Shown here piece after piece: positions 58,843 through 59,008 of a DNA stretch of 59,008 nt (positions within the stretch are counted from its first letter, which is position 1; each line of letters begins with the position of its first letter). The notes under the pieces are model-generated. The model did not search any database, was not told the origin of the DNA, and was given only the letters and a program-made list of their open reading frames with translations. A program made the translations under genes and the position numbers. This DNA is from a virus (taxonomy: Duplodnaviria; Caudoviricetes): the IMG/VR virus record IMGVR_UViG_3300043777_000092, positions 1 through 59,008 of that record; one strand, given 5' to 3'.

Positions 58843-59008
58843 TATGGATGTTCACCTCGTGCGCCCCTGTGACACGCACTGCACAGCGTGACAAGGTTGT
58901 CAGCGTTGTCCCAGCGGCGCGCACCGTAGTTTTGTGCAACGTGATGTGGTTCCATTTGGTCCAGCGGCACGAACGCTCCGCACTTCACGCAGTGGTGCCG
59001 GTCACGCT
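58843..59008 (-). CDS. Second copy of the HNH gene (partial, runs off the window)
   Basis: Ends NLVTLCSACHRGARGEHP*. Confidence 0.75.

Larger units (their letters stand above)
58182..59008. repeat. 127-bp exact direct repeat (58182-58308 = 58882-59008)
   Basis: Direct comparison, 700-bp offset. Confidence 0.92.

Noticed and set aside
58182-59008. Diversity-generating retroelement TR/VR pair or genome terminal repeat
   Set aside because: Differences are not adenine-specific, no reverse transcriptase is present, and the repeat does not match the window start

Overview
About 59 kb of a tailed dsDNA phage (podovirus-like layout, GC-rich), with almost every gene on the minus strand. Read right to left: small middle genes with HNH and resolvase-like ORFs (54-59 kb); TerS and a large terminase split into separate ATPase and nuclease genes; signal-peptide-bearing beta-rich proteins and a glycoside hydrolase; portal; a modification cassette (glycosyltransferase, radical SAM, methyltransferase, deoxyhypusine-synthase-like enzyme, atypical initiator-type tRNA, large structured non-coding region); scaffold and major capsid protein; adaptor, tail tubular and fibre-like genes; ejection proteins including a 3150-aa DarB-like methyltransferase-SNF2 helicase; a lysis-type block; then a sigma70-type promoter driving micro-ORFs and recombination genes. 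No replication or integrase module is visible, so the genome is incomplete here. Most notable: (1) an apparently real protein gene with its own RBS overprinted in the +1 frame inside the DarB-like giant; (2) a 16-bp perfect palindrome AGTCCAAATTTGGACT present 5 times plus one variant, in three different coding frames; (3) a 6-nt stop-containing insertion inside the radical SAM CxxxCxxC motif; (4) an initiator-like tRNA lacking the 3 G-C anticodon pairs; (5) seven proteins among the virion genes with Sec signal peptides ending in A|Q, one of them starting at an ATC codon; (6) a ~370-nt structured RNA candidate before the scaffold gene. All family calls come from motif recognition by eye, not from database searches.
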